This document shows, in pieces, positions 27,173-36,729 of a stretch of DNA of 64,000 nucleotides; positions within the stretch are counted from its first letter, which is position 1; every line of letters begins with the position of its first letter. The translations under genes were made by a program, and so were the position numbers. Source of the DNA: an uncultured Phycisphaerales bacterium (GTDB lineage Bacteria; Planctomycetota; B15-G4; CAYZWU01); assembly GCA_964464495.1 (NCBI GenBank), contig CAYXGI010000009.1, positions 42,498-106,497 of the forward strand, given 5' to 3'. The notes beneath the pieces are model-generated. The model searched no databases, was not told the origin of the DNA, and was given only the letters and a program-made list of their open reading frames with translations.

Positions 27173-28485
27173 TTCCCGGTTGAGGTTAAGATCGGGCTGA
27201 ACGAGGTGAACGCGCGCCTGAGCGGGAAGGACTCGCGATTGGCGGCCACCACGAGGGAGCGCCGTTTTCGGAAGAAATCGACGACGGCGGCCATCTTGGC
27301 GTCCTCGGGCAGGGCGGCTCCCTGTTCGGCGATCTCACGGGCGATATCCTCGGGAGGGCGCGGATCTGCAGGTACGCTTCGGCCGTAGGGCTCGTTATTG
27401 TCCTTCATGGCGACCTCGACCCGCTCCTGCCAGTAGAAGCGAAAGGAGTGCGCCATGAGTCCCGCCATGTCGGGCAGGATGGCGCTGTCGAGAGCCGGAT
27501 TCATCCGGAAGCAGAAGAGCCACTCCAGTGATTCGCGATCGCGCAGCTCCCTGTCGAGAGCGGGGAGCGTGTCCGTGTCATCGACGACGAGGAGTTCGCC
27601 TGTTCCCCTCCTGTCCTCGAATGGGCGTACCGGCCTGTCGAGAATTCTTCCCGCTGCGAGAGCGAGCGGATAGCCGTCGCCACCGAGAGTGAGAATCGCT
27701 TCGGGGATGATTCCCATCCCGTGGACGAAGGTCTTGAGGAGCCGGAGCATGGCGCCGACCGCTGCGGCATTCATGACAAGCGACTGAAAGCGCCCATGGC
27801 TCCCCTCGGCGCGCGATTCGGCGAGGAGCACTCCGCCGTGCTGGATGAAATGCCACATTCGCGCGCCCGCAGGTTGGTTGTCGCCGTCGAGACTGCGCAG
27901 CCTGGAGGCCATCAGTTCGAGCGCCTCGAGACTGTCTTCCCGATCGCGGCTCGTGAGCTCGTCGCGCAAAAGGCCGATCCGCTCCTCGGCATTGTCGAGG
28001 CGCCCGAGCAGGAGGAGGCATTCGATCTGGAGCAGCTCGGCTGCGGCGGCGCGCTCGGGATTCAGGTTCTCTGTCGCCCTGGTGAGCTGGTCGATCGCAG
28101 CGGTGTAGGAGCGGGTCAGAAAAAGGCTGTATCCCAGTTCGTAGCGGACATCGTCGCTGTTCGGGCTTAGCTCGAGGCATTTTTCGAGCAAGGAGACGCT
28201 CACATCGGGGCGGCCCATGCCGATCAGGTGATAGCCGAGCGCGTAGAGATGTTTGGGGTTTTCGATCGACCGGTTGAGAGCCTCGAAAAGAGTGCTGCCT
28301 GTTGAGTCGCCGAGCAGCTCGGCCGCCTTGGCCGCCGCCGCGAGCGATTCTCCATGCTGGGGATCTTGCTTCAATGCCTCGAGCAGGTGGGAAAAACCCC
28401 TGCGCAGGTCGCCCTTGGCCGTGGAATCCTGCGCTTTCCGGAAGGAGGCTTCGGCAGAACCGTTCTTTTTCGCGATCATCTCCAA
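27166..28485 (-). CDS. TPR-repeat protein, function unknown
   Basis: N-terminal half has repeated helical hairpins with TPR-like spacing (AAAKAAELLGD, LYALGYHLIGMGRPDVSVSLLEKCLELSPN, RYELGYSLFL...). Overlaps the GlcD start by 7 bp. Confidence 0.6.
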   Translation of the reverse strand: MEMIAKKNGSAEASFRKAQDSTAKGDLRRGFSHLLEALKQDPQHGESLAAAAKAAELLGDSTGSTLFEALNRSIENPKHLYALGYHLIGMGRPDVSVSLLEKCLELSPNSDDVRYELGYSLFLTRSYTAAIDQLTRATENLNPERAAAAELLQIECLLLLGRLDNAEERIGLLRDELTSRDREDSLEALELMASRLRSLDGDNQPAGARMWHFIQHGGVLLAESRAEGSHGRFQSLVMNAAAVGAMLRLLKTFVHGMGIIPEAILTLGGDGYPLALAAGRILDRPVRPFEDRRGTGELLVVDDTDTLPALDRELRDRESLEWLFCFRMNPALDSAILPDMAGLMAHSFRFYWQERVEVAMKDNNEPYGRSVPADPRPPEDIAREIAEQGAALPEDAKMAAVVDFFRKRRSLVVAANRESFPLRRAFTSFSPILTSTGKW

Positions 28486-28764
28486 TCCTCAACGAGGCCA
28501 GCCGGCGATTGCGGCACGGCACGGTGCGGGCCGTCGGCCGACAGGGCTAAAACCATGATCGTTCCGCATCATACAGACACGTTCTCAGAGATACAACCGA
28601 TCGGGACGAAATGGCCCCGATCGATGCATTGGATCGAGATGGCGGTTGACCTCGGCTCTCCGGGACCATAGACTCAAGCTCTAGCGGGTCAGATCAAGAC
28701 ATTCCAGGCTGCTCGGAAGGAGCGGCGCATTTCGTTTGTGGAGCACTGCAGGGGTGGCGGCGCA

Positions 28765-29733
28765 ATGAGAGTCATCGCATTGATCAACCAGAAGGGGGGC
28801 GTGGGCAAGACGACCACGACTGTCAACCTCGGCGCGGGGCTGGCGCGACAGGGCAAAAAGGTGCTCGCCATCGACATCGATCCCCAGGCCAACCTGAGCC
28901 TTCATCTCAATATCAATGTATTCGAGTCGGGAAAGTCGGTCTACGATCTGCTCGTGGGACGCTGTCCGCTGAAAGACGTGGCCAGGGAGACGGAGATTCC
29001 CAATCTCCAGGTCGTCCCTTCGAGCATCGATCTGTGCAGCGCTGAGCTGGAACTGGTCAATACGGTGGGGCGCGAAGTTCTCCTCCGTGACGCGCTGTAC
29101 CAGTTCATCGATTCGCTCGACGAGCCCCTCGACTACGTGCTCATCGACTGTCCTCCTTCGCTCGGGCTCCTCTCGCTCAATGCTCTGGCCGCGGCCCAGG
29201 AGGTCTTCGTCCCGATCCAGGCCGAGTTTTTCGCCCTCCAGGGAATGGGAAAACTCATGGAAGTCGTCGAGCTCGTTCGGAACCGGCTCAACCCGGTGCT
29301 CAAGGTGACGGGGATCGTGGTCTGCATGTTCCGCGCTCAGACGAATCTCGCCCGCGAGGTGCTGAGCGAGGTTCGGGCCTTCTTCGGTGACGTCGTGTTC
29401 GAGACACGGATCAGGCAGAACATCAATCTCGCCGAGGCGCCGAGCCACGGGAAGTCGATTTTCGACTACGCCATTCATTCCAATGGTGCGCAGGACTATC
29501 TCGCCTTGACCGACGAGATACTCGCGCAGGAATCGGGAAGGACGCGGGAAAAAACTGCCGCGGAATCGGAGAAGTCTACTGAGAGCGTTGCGCCGGTCGA
29601 GGAAAGTTCCCCAGAGAAAAATCCCGACGATCCCGGCACGGCCGATATCATCGGCAGGAATCACGACGTGGGCGCGCGCCGATTCGCCGTGGAAATTGAA
29701 GAAAAGGAGAGAGCGCTCGAAGACGGGGCTTGA
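28765..29733 (+). CDS. ParA/MinD-family P-loop ATPase with low-complexity acidic C-terminal extension
   Basis: MRVIALINQKGGVGKTTTTVNLGAGLA deviant Walker A. A ~70 aa Glu/Ser/Pro-rich C-terminal tail follows. No parB-like gene is adjacent. 4-bp overlap with lpxK. Confidence 0.85.
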   Translation: MRVIALINQKGGVGKTTTTVNLGAGLARQGKKVLAIDIDPQANLSLHLNINVFESGKSVYDLLVGRCPLKDVARETEIPNLQVVPSSIDLCSAELELVNTVGREVLLRDALYQFIDSLDEPLDYVLIDCPPSLGLLSLNALAAAQEVFVPIQAEFFALQGMGKLMEVVELVRNRLNPVLKVTGIVVCMFRAQTNLAREVLSEVRAFFGDVVFETRIRQNINLAEAPSHGKSIFDYAIHSNGAQDYLALTDEILAQESGRTREKTAAESEKSTESVAPVEESSPEKNPDDPGTADIIGRNHDVGARRFAVEIEEKERALEDGA

Positions 29734-30806
29734 ACATTCAGATCATGGGGAGGGATGAACTCTTAAAGTCGATCGTCTCCGGGCAGAAACGCGGATTGAC
29801 AGGATCTCTCACCTATTCTTTTCTCTACCTCCTTTCTCTCCCATATAACATTTTAATCCGTTTGAGAAACCTCCTCTATGATTGCGGTCTGCTCAAGGTT
29901 CGCCGCGCCGCGGCAAAGGTCGTCAGCGTGGGAAACCTCACCGTGGGCGGGACCGGGAAGACACCGCTCGTGGCTTACCTCGTCGAACAGGCGATCGAAG
30001 GCGGCCTCCGCCCGGCGGTGATCGCTCGCGGCTACAAGGGTGCGTTGCATGGGGGCGAGTGGCTCAACGACGAGGGACTCCTGCTGAAGGAGAGATTCCC
30101 CGGGCTCATCGTGATTCAGAATCCCGACCGGATCGCGGCGGCTCGCAGAGCGGTCGACGAGATGGGTGCCGATTTTATCATTCTCGATGATGCCTTCCAG
30201 CACAGGCGCATCGGTCGCGATGTGGATCTGCTGACTGTCGACGCGCGTGTGCCCTTTGGCAACGGGAGAGTTCTGCCCGCGGGGATTCTTCGGGAACCGA
30301 TTTCCGGGATCAAGAGGGCGGACGTCATTGTGCTCACTCGATGTGCCGGGCTCGGCCAAGGGAGAATCGACGAGGTCAAGGAGCAGCTTGTCAGTTTCGC
30401 CGGGGAGATTCCCGTCTTTTTGACCGATCATGCTCCCCGGCGGCTCCGCCGTCTCGACGGCAGCGAGGAGAGGCCCGTCGACTCTCTCGACGGTAAGAGA
30501 CTTTTCATCTGCAGCGGAATCGCTCTGCCTGAAGCTCTCAGAATGACCGTGGAATCTCTGGGAGGAACGATTTGCGGCGAGCGGATCTTCGCCGACCACT
30601 ATCGATACGAGGAGAGCGATCTCGATCGAATCCTCGACGAGGCGCGCGAGGCCGACGCCGATGCGATCGTGACCACGGAGAAGGACGCGGTGAAGCTGCA
30701 AGATTTCGATCAGGCCGGCGACATCCTGGTTCTTGGAATAACGATCCGCTTTCGTGACAACGAAGAAGGATTCAAACAGCTTCTGTTCGATTCACTCCCG
30801 GACTGA
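29730..30806 (+). CDS. lpxK: tetraacyldisaccharide 4'-kinase
   Basis: P-loop VSVGNLTVGGTGKTP and LpxK-family length (358 aa). N-terminal membrane-associated helix. Confidence 0.85.
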   Translation: MNIQIMGRDELLKSIVSGQKRGLTGSLTYSFLYLLSLPYNILIRLRNLLYDCGLLKVRRAAAKVVSVGNLTVGGTGKTPLVAYLVEQAIEGGLRPAVIARGYKGALHGGEWLNDEGLLLKERFPGLIVIQNPDRIAAARRAVDEMGADFIILDDAFQHRRIGRDVDLLTVDARVPFGNGRVLPAGILREPISGIKRADVIVLTRCAGLGQGRIDEVKEQLVSFAGEIPVFLTDHAPRRLRRLDGSEERPVDSLDGKRLFICSGIALPEALRMTVESLGGTICGERIFADHYRYEESDLDRILDEAREADADAIVTTEKDAVKLQDFDQAGDILVLGITIRFRDNEEGFKQLLFDSLPD

Positions 30807-32393
30807 TCATTCCTCCCAGTCGCCGCCCGATTCGAAACGAGCGGCGAATTTCTCACCGAGAAGACCCCTTTGCTTGTCCCCGTCGCCGACCATGGTGCGT
30901 GCGGCTTTCTTGAGCGAATCCTCGGCAGCCTGTCTGTTGCTGGAGCCGAATCCCTTGGATTCCTGCCCCTTGCCGATTGCAAAGGGAATAGTCTTAGAGG
31001 TTTCGAGTTCGAGCGCGTCGAGCGATACGCGGGTCTTGAAGCAGATCCCCAGTGCGGTGGTGCTGGAGTAGTCCGACTCGGCCGTACCAACGATGACGTA
31101 GTCGTACTTACCGCCGAAGAGCTTCGCCAGCGCTTTCATGGACATGCCGGCCACCTGCTTCACCGATTTTCCGGCCAGATCGGGAGAGGTGACCTGAAAT
31201 CCGAGATCGTTGAGGGAGACCTTGATCGCTTCGCCAACAATCGAATTCGGATTTTCTTTGCCTTGGACCGTCTCGTGAATGACCACTGCGATCCGTGTGG
31301 TCTCCATCGTCGGCATGAGATAGGTGACCGTACAACTCGGCGGGACCGCGTCGGAGCGCTTTTCGATTGCGGCGAAATCGAGCTCCACCTTGACGGCGTT
31401 GGCGTGCGAACCGGTGGCGGCGATTTCCTTGAGGCTGAAGGCGAAGAGTCCCTTCTCGTTCGTCGTTTCCGCGCGTGGGATGACCGTGGCGCTGTCGCGG
31501 ATTTTTTCCGGAAGGCGCACGGTCATGGGGAAGCCGGCAAGAGGCTTGCCGCTCGGGCCGGTCACCTTGACCACGATCTGTTCCTTCACGTTGCCCGAGA
31601 GATTGGCGACCTGCTCGTTGCCGGAGAGGACCTTCAATTGAATCGCCGATGCCTGGCGATCGTGGTCCTGAACCACGTTGTTCCAGAGGCCGCCGAGGTC
31701 GAGCGCGTCGAAACGGCCCTTTTGTTTCTTATCCGTGCCGACTGCGAGGGCCTTGGCGTGGCTGGAGAGAGCCACGGCCGCTGCGCGGCGCGCATGAACA
31801 ACGCTCTTCAGGGCATTGGTGAAATCTTTGCTCCCCAATGCGGTTCGCGAGGATTCGAGATAGCCGAGCGCTTCTTTCTTCTTGTCAGTGGCTTGATTGC
31901 AGAGCCTCTCCGAGAGCGCCAGCCGGTTCATGACGAGAAAGGCGTATGCAGTCCCGCTCTCCGGATCGTACCACTCCTCCACCTTTGTGGCGCCGGCGAG
32001 CAGTTCCGACGTCTCCATGCGCGTGTTGATCGCCACATCCTCGAAGGAATCGATCGAATCGTTGTACACGATCTGCCGCTGGATCGAGTCGAACTGGCTT
32101 TCCACGCGGGCCATGATCTGTTCCGAGATCTGAGTCAGGGCGTTCACTCTCGCAAGATCGAAGGCGTCCGTTTCAGTATGTTCGGGCTGGGAGACCCCTC
32201 GTGCGCGAATGAAATTCCCCACGGGATACCCCTTGACGTCGCCCGTCCTGATCCAGTCCGGACCGTTGGAGACGGTGGGGACCGTGTTGTTTTCGGGAGC
32301 CGTCCCATTCGGCGTCGTGACGCACGAGACACTGAGTATGACGGGCATTGCGAGAAAGACGAGGAGGGCCAGTTTCTTGACGCTCGATTTCAT
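30807..32393 (-). CDS. lipoprotein, function unknown
   Basis: Signal peptide with lipobox-like LSVSC (MKSSVKKLALLVFLAMPVILSVSC). 528 aa. The C-terminal region (DYVIVGTAESDYSSTTALGICFKTRVSLD) resembles LpoB/CsgG/TolB-N-like small beta domains. Antisense ORF 30870..32720 rejected. Confidence 0.55.
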   Translation of the reverse strand: MKSSVKKLALLVFLAMPVILSVSCVTTPNGTAPENNTVPTVSNGPDWIRTGDVKGYPVGNFIRARGVSQPEHTETDAFDLARVNALTQISEQIMARVESQFDSIQRQIVYNDSIDSFEDVAINTRMETSELLAGATKVEEWYDPESGTAYAFLVMNRLALSERLCNQATDKKKEALGYLESSRTALGSKDFTNALKSVVHARRAAAVALSSHAKALAVGTDKKQKGRFDALDLGGLWNNVVQDHDRQASAIQLKVLSGNEQVANLSGNVKEQIVVKVTGPSGKPLAGFPMTVRLPEKIRDSATVIPRAETTNEKGLFAFSLKEIAATGSHANAVKVELDFAAIEKRSDAVPPSCTVTYLMPTMETTRIAVVIHETVQGKENPNSIVGEAIKVSLNDLGFQVTSPDLAGKSVKQVAGMSMKALAKLFGGKYDYVIVGTAESDYSSTTALGICFKTRVSLDALELETSKTIPFAIGKGQESKGFGSSNRQAAEDSLKKAARTMVGDGDKQRGLLGEKFAARFESGGDWEE

Positions 32394-32444
32394 TATTTGT
32401 CTCCGTTGCCGGCAGAAGTCGGGAGAGGACGCATCCAGCGCCGC

Positions 32445-33296
32445 TCAGAAAATGTACTCTTTGCCCTGTTCGAGCAGGGCGACGTTTTCGAGGCCGAGAG
32501 CCTCGATCTCGTTGCTAATAGTTGTAAGGTATTCAGGTTTCAAGTGAGTGACGAAAACCTTCACGTTGCCGAGGGTTTTCTCGATTTCATGGCCGAAAGC
32601 GGTCGTCGAAAGATGTTTGGATATCTTCGCGATCTTCGCTTGATCGGCCGGAAAGGAGGCCTCGAGAAAAGTGGCCTTGAGATTCTTGACCTGGTCGAGG
32701 ATTTGAGCGAGACCTTCTAGAGAAGATGTGTCGCTGCAGATTGCGACAGTGGAGTCCGGATCCCGAATCAGGTAGCCGTAGCATTCCACGGAATGGTCCA
32801 TCGGGAAAGGGACGATCTCGATGTTTCCGATCGCCACGTTCTCACCGGCCGCGAGCACGGTCATTTCGAGAATATCCGTGTGCGCGTTGGAAAACTTCGA
32901 GAAATCGGGCCAGAGGTAGTCGTTGAAGAGATGGTCCTTCAAACAACGGATCGTGTCCTCGGGACCGAGAACCTTCACAGGCTTCGAGATGAGGGAAAAG
33001 ACATTGTCCAGAAGAAACGGCAGACAAGCGAGATGATCGATGTGGGAGTGGCTGACAAAAACATGACTGATCCGCGCTTGCTCTTCGATGGGAAGGACAT
33101 GAGCCAGCGCCCCCGCGTCTATTGCGATCCGATCGTCGATCAGGTACGACGTGGTCCACATCCCCGGCGCGTAGCCTCCGTAACATCCCAGTACTCGAAT
33201 TCTCAAGAAACCCCCTTTTCTATGAAGGTTTGTTGATGTCGACTGCCCATCCCTGTCGCTCGGGATCCTATCAGGGAACTCGGGGCTGGTCAACAT
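32445..33296 (-). CDS. MBL-fold metallo-hydrolase (class II cyclic-nucleotide phosphodiesterase-like)
   Basis: HxHxDH motif (VSHSHIDHLACLPF) and further His/Asp ligands (PMDHS, VTHLKPEY). The actual start may be an internal or non-ATG codon near 33200; the ORF-track start is used. Confidence 0.65.
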   Translation of the reverse strand: MLTSPEFPDRIPSDRDGQSTSTNLHRKGGFLRIRVLGCYGGYAPGMWTTSYLIDDRIAIDAGALAHVLPIEEQARISHVFVSHSHIDHLACLPFLLDNVFSLISKPVKVLGPEDTIRCLKDHLFNDYLWPDFSKFSNAHTDILEMTVLAAGENVAIGNIEIVPFPMDHSVECYGYLIRDPDSTVAICSDTSSLEGLAQILDQVKNLKATFLEASFPADQAKIAKISKHLSTTAFGHEIEKTLGNVKVFVTHLKPEYLTTISNEIEALGLENVALLEQGKEYIF

Positions 33297-33399
33297 GTTG
33301 CGTTTGTTAACTCTTTTTGCCTCAATAGGGGACGTGAATCAAAGAGATTTCCTGACTCGCGGGCGGGACGACTCTTACAACGACTGAGCAGTCTGCTTT

Positions 33400-35001
33400 T
33401 TGGAGTGGTGCATGATGGGATTTTTCCTGGCAACTGCGACCGACTGGGTCGGCTGGATCGCGGTTCTGGTCGCTGTCTATTTCATGGTAATTCTGATCAA
33501 GCAATCGCTCCGGCGCACGAAAGATCTGAGGTCGGTCCTGATCGTTGCCGCCCTCGTTCTCCTTCCCGCCGTGCTCCTGGCGTTTCTCTATTACGATGGG
33601 AATGTTCTCGGAGTCTTCGATCCTGATCTCGACGCGCAGAAGGCCGATCAGTGGTGGATCTTCGAGATCGAGAGGACCAATGGTGAAGATGAGGGCGCCG
33701 AGGCGATCACCGTGACGGTCAATCTTCTTGCGGCGTTGATCATCATCGCCACCCTGTACATTGTCATGACTGTCCTGATCTCCATCGCGTCGACGATGTA
33801 CTTCAATAGAAAAAAGACGGAGTGGCTCGCGATCCACAAGGCGCTGATCAAGTGGCCGATCGTAATCGTTGGGTGTCTCGTCTGTTTGAAAATCCAGATT
33901 GGGGCTATTCTCCTCGGCACGAGTGTCATCGTGATCGGCCTCGGACTTGTGTTGAAGGAGATGCTCGAAAACCTTTTTACGGGTATGGCGCTCGAGATGG
34001 AGGGCACCCTCAATCAGGGGGACTGGATCCAGGTCGGCAACAGCGATCAGGTGGGGCGCGTCTACGAAAAGAGCTGGCGCGTGACCAAGGTTCATACTCT
34101 CAACGACGAGTCGATCACCATCCCCAACAGGCTCCTGGGCACTGAAAAGATTCTGAATTACAACAAACCCGCCGGTCCACATGCCCGCAACCTTTACGTG
34201 GGCACCTCCTACAACGATCCGCCGGTCAAGGTCAAGGAGATCTTGAGGACGATTCTTATCCGCGAACCCGAAGTTCTCAACGACCCCCAGCCTCTCGTTC
34301 GTACCATCGAGTACGGAGATTTCGCCATCAACTTCGAGATGAAATTCTGGATCAGGAGTTATGCCAGGCGGAATTTCATCGAAGACAAGATCATGACCCA
34401 GATCTGGTATGCGTTCAAGTATTACGGTGTGCAGATCCCCTTCCCGATCCGGACTTTGCACATGAAGAAGATGGGGCACCTCGACGCGGAGAGCGACGCG
34501 ATCACCGACGAGGTGAAAGAAAAGCTCGATTTCCTGAGAGGCCTGCCCTACTTCAGCGGCCTCGTGCAGAAGGATCTCGAGTACATGGCTCTCAATTCCT
34601 TCAGGCGCAACTATGACGTGGGCGAACGCGTGGTCCACAAGAACGAGATCGGCGACGCCCTATACGTCGTGATGAGCGGCTGGTGCGATGCGTTGCTTCC
34701 CGACGGCCGCCGGCCGCGCATCGAAGCAGGGCAGTACTTCGGCGAGATGGGTCTCCTCGGGGCGAGTCCCCGAACCGTCGATGTGGCGGCGGGCGAAGAG
34801 GGGGCGCTCGTCATGAGAATCGACAAGCATTGCATGTCGGTTCTCTTCAGGAGCTATCCCGAACTCCTCGATCACTTCCGCGAAATTCGCGATGCCAGAA
34901 GAAAAGAACTCCCTGCCGAAGACAGGGAGGAGGCTGTGCGCAGAGTGGGACTGGTTCGGAAACTCTGCCTGGGGATGAAGGATTTCTTCAGGCCCTGGTA
35001 A
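33400..35001 (+). CDS. MscS-family mechanosensitive channel fused to C-terminal cyclic nucleotide-binding domain
   Basis: Multiple N-terminal TM helices. MscS beta-domain signature GDWIQVGNSDQVGRVYEKSWRVTKVHTLNDESITIPNRLL. C-terminal cNMP-binding domain (GERVVHKNEIGDALYVVMSGW...QYFGEMGLLGASPRTVDVAA). Confidence 0.8.
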   Translation: MEWCMMGFFLATATDWVGWIAVLVAVYFMVILIKQSLRRTKDLRSVLIVAALVLLPAVLLAFLYYDGNVLGVFDPDLDAQKADQWWIFEIERTNGEDEGAEAITVTVNLLAALIIIATLYIVMTVLISIASTMYFNRKKTEWLAIHKALIKWPIVIVGCLVCLKIQIGAILLGTSVIVIGLGLVLKEMLENLFTGMALEMEGTLNQGDWIQVGNSDQVGRVYEKSWRVTKVHTLNDESITIPNRLLGTEKILNYNKPAGPHARNLYVGTSYNDPPVKVKEILRTILIREPEVLNDPQPLVRTIEYGDFAINFEMKFWIRSYARRNFIEDKIMTQIWYAFKYYGVQIPFPIRTLHMKKMGHLDAESDAITDEVKEKLDFLRGLPYFSGLVQKDLEYMALNSFRRNYDVGERVVHKNEIGDALYVVMSGWCDALLPDGRRPRIEAGQYFGEMGLLGASPRTVDVAAGEEGALVMRIDKHCMSVLFRSYPELLDHFREIRDARRKELPAEDREEAVRRVGLVRKLCLGMKDFFRPW

Positions 35002-35015
35002 GGCCGATCCGACTA

Positions 35016-36209
35016 TTACTGGCCCGTGTATTTTTGGAACCGCTCGACGTTGAGTTGCCCCCTGTTCTTGAGTCCCAGTTTCACCATGTCCATTTTCATG
35101 GTGGTGATTCTCTGAGATGGAGTCGGGTGGGACGACATGCACTTGCCGAGGGTCTTCGAATCCCCGAAGACATCCCTGAACCGTTCCAGAAGAGTGATCG
35201 CCGCCTGAGGGTTGTAGCCGGCGCGGGCGAGGTAGACGAGAGATGCGCGGTCTGCCTCGTTCTCCATGACCTGGTTGTAGGGGTTTTGCGTGTAGGCGTA
35301 GAATTCATCGCCGATCGCAGTGAGCTCCTCGACCAGTTTCTTGAAGTCCTCGGCCTGCTCGGGGAGCTGTTCGTCCAACTCGGCGAGAGCGTCCTTCATC
35401 ATGTAGCGGTACTTGGCCTTGTTGAGCGATTGGACAGCGTGGCGCTCGGAGACGTGACCCAGCTCGTGGGCGAGGATCGCGGCGAGCTCGGCTTCGTTTT
35501 TACAGAAATCGATCGCGCCGCGGGTGATGAACAGGAAGCCGCCCGGGACGGAAAAGGCGTTCACTTCATCGGAGTCGAGAATGACGAAGTAATAGGTGAG
35601 GGTGTTGCGGGGGCTGACCTGGGCGAGCGTTGTACCCACGAAGGAGACGTACTCCCAGAGTTTCGGATCGTTCCACTCGGGCGTCTCGTGGAGGATGCGG
35701 GCGGAAACACCCTTGCCGAGCTCGATCTCGTCGGCGTCGGAAAAGGATGATGTCAGGTCACCGCTTATGGCGTCGCGTCCGGCCTTGCGGTTTTTGAGGT
35801 CCTCGAGGTCATCGATGACCGCCTGGTCTTCTTCCAACGCGGCCGGCAGGCGGGAGAGAGCGGTTTCCTTGTCGCCCGCGATGACCGCCTTCCGTCTCGC
35901 CTCGGCAGCCTCCTCTGCAGAGGGTTCGTCCTTTTCGGCAGGCTCTTCGGCTCTGGCCGGCTCTTCGGCAACGGCCACGACCTCTTCGGGAGGTGCCTCT
36001 TCGGTCACGGGTTCCTCATACCCCTCTTCGTACTGCGGTCGCACCCTGTCGACGGTCCGTGTGACTCGCGATTGCGACGAGGTGGACGCAAAGGAGGGCT
36101 TCTTGGCAAGCGGCGCTGTCTGGCCGGTCTGTTTCTCGGTGGTGGCGCACGAGAGACTGCTGAGAAGGAGGATGGTACAGACGACGAGGCTGATGAGTTT
36201 CCGCATCAT
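35016..36209 (-). CDS. M48-family zinc metalloprotease lipoprotein (BepA/LoiP-like)
   Basis: Lipobox LLLSSLSC. HEXXH zinc motif AILAHELGHVSERH. Acidic/Ala-rich linker region. Confidence 0.8.
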   Translation of the reverse strand: MMRKLISLVVCTILLLSSLSCATTEKQTGQTAPLAKKPSFASTSSQSRVTRTVDRVRPQYEEGYEEPVTEEAPPEEVVAVAEEPARAEEPAEKDEPSAEEAAEARRKAVIAGDKETALSRLPAALEEDQAVIDDLEDLKNRKAGRDAISGDLTSSFSDADEIELGKGVSARILHETPEWNDPKLWEYVSFVGTTLAQVSPRNTLTYYFVILDSDEVNAFSVPGGFLFITRGAIDFCKNEAELAAILAHELGHVSERHAVQSLNKAKYRYMMKDALAELDEQLPEQAEDFKKLVEELTAIGDEFYAYTQNPYNQVMENEADRASLVYLARAGYNPQAAITLLERFRDVFGDSKTLGKCMSSHPTPSQRITTMKMDMVKLGLKNRGQLNVERFQKYTGQ

Positions 36210-36673
36210 TATTTCAAGCCTCCATTGCGAATGAAGCTTTCGAATCGGTTGAAATTCAACCGGCGGTCCATGACACTCTTTACTTTGGTCGTGTCAGTCC
36301 CGTTCTTGTTCGCGTAGAGATCGCCTGAAAAACCTTTGGCAACGAGACCGGACGTGGCCGGAGTGGCTGCAACGGGAAGTTTCAGATCTCCTGCAGGAGC
36401 GGCATCGGTCTTGATTTCACAGAAGACCCACCCCTTCTTGTCGAGGGATTCGACCTCGACCTGCTTCCACGATCCCCTCTCCCTGAGAATGGTGAGGATC
36501 TCGCCCTCCTTGATCTCCGCCAGGGGTTTGAAAGCCTTGTTCCAGCGGGGGAAGAGCTTGAGACCGTCCTTGCCGACTTTCAACGAGGACTTGTCCTGGA
36601 GCGACATGGAGAGGGCGGTTGCGGCGAGAAGAAGAAAGACGATGAGAAAAAAGAATTTAGAGCGATCAAGCAT
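36209..36673 (-). CDS. membrane-anchored SH3b-domain protein
   Basis: Start at ATG 36673 (GGAG RBS 8 nt upstream) gives MLDRSKFFFLIVFLLLAATALS as TM/signal, followed by an SH3-like beta domain (KEGEILTILRERGSWKQVEV...GWVF). Its stop overlaps the M48 gene start by 1 nt. Confidence 0.6.
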   Translation of the reverse strand: MLDRSKFFFLIVFLLLAATALSMSLQDKSSLKVGKDGLKLFPRWNKAFKPLAEIKEGEILTILRERGSWKQVEVESLDKKGWVFCEIKTDAAPAGDLKLPVAATPATSGLVAKGFSGDLYANKNGTDTTKVKSVMDRRLNFNRFESFIRNGGLK

Positions 36674-36729
36674 TGTGAGACTCCAGATTTTACGATCCCA
36701 CATGAGTTCCTGTAAAAGAGACCCGACTT

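Noticed and set aside
30870-32720. 616-aa + strand ORF
   Set aside because: Antisense to the lipoprotein gene 30807..32393, which has a signal peptide and lipobox. It also runs through the convergent MBL gene region. Judged an artefact.
33322-34638. 438-aa - strand ORF
   Set aside because: Antisense to the MscS-cNMP channel gene, whose TM, MscS and CNB motifs are clear.
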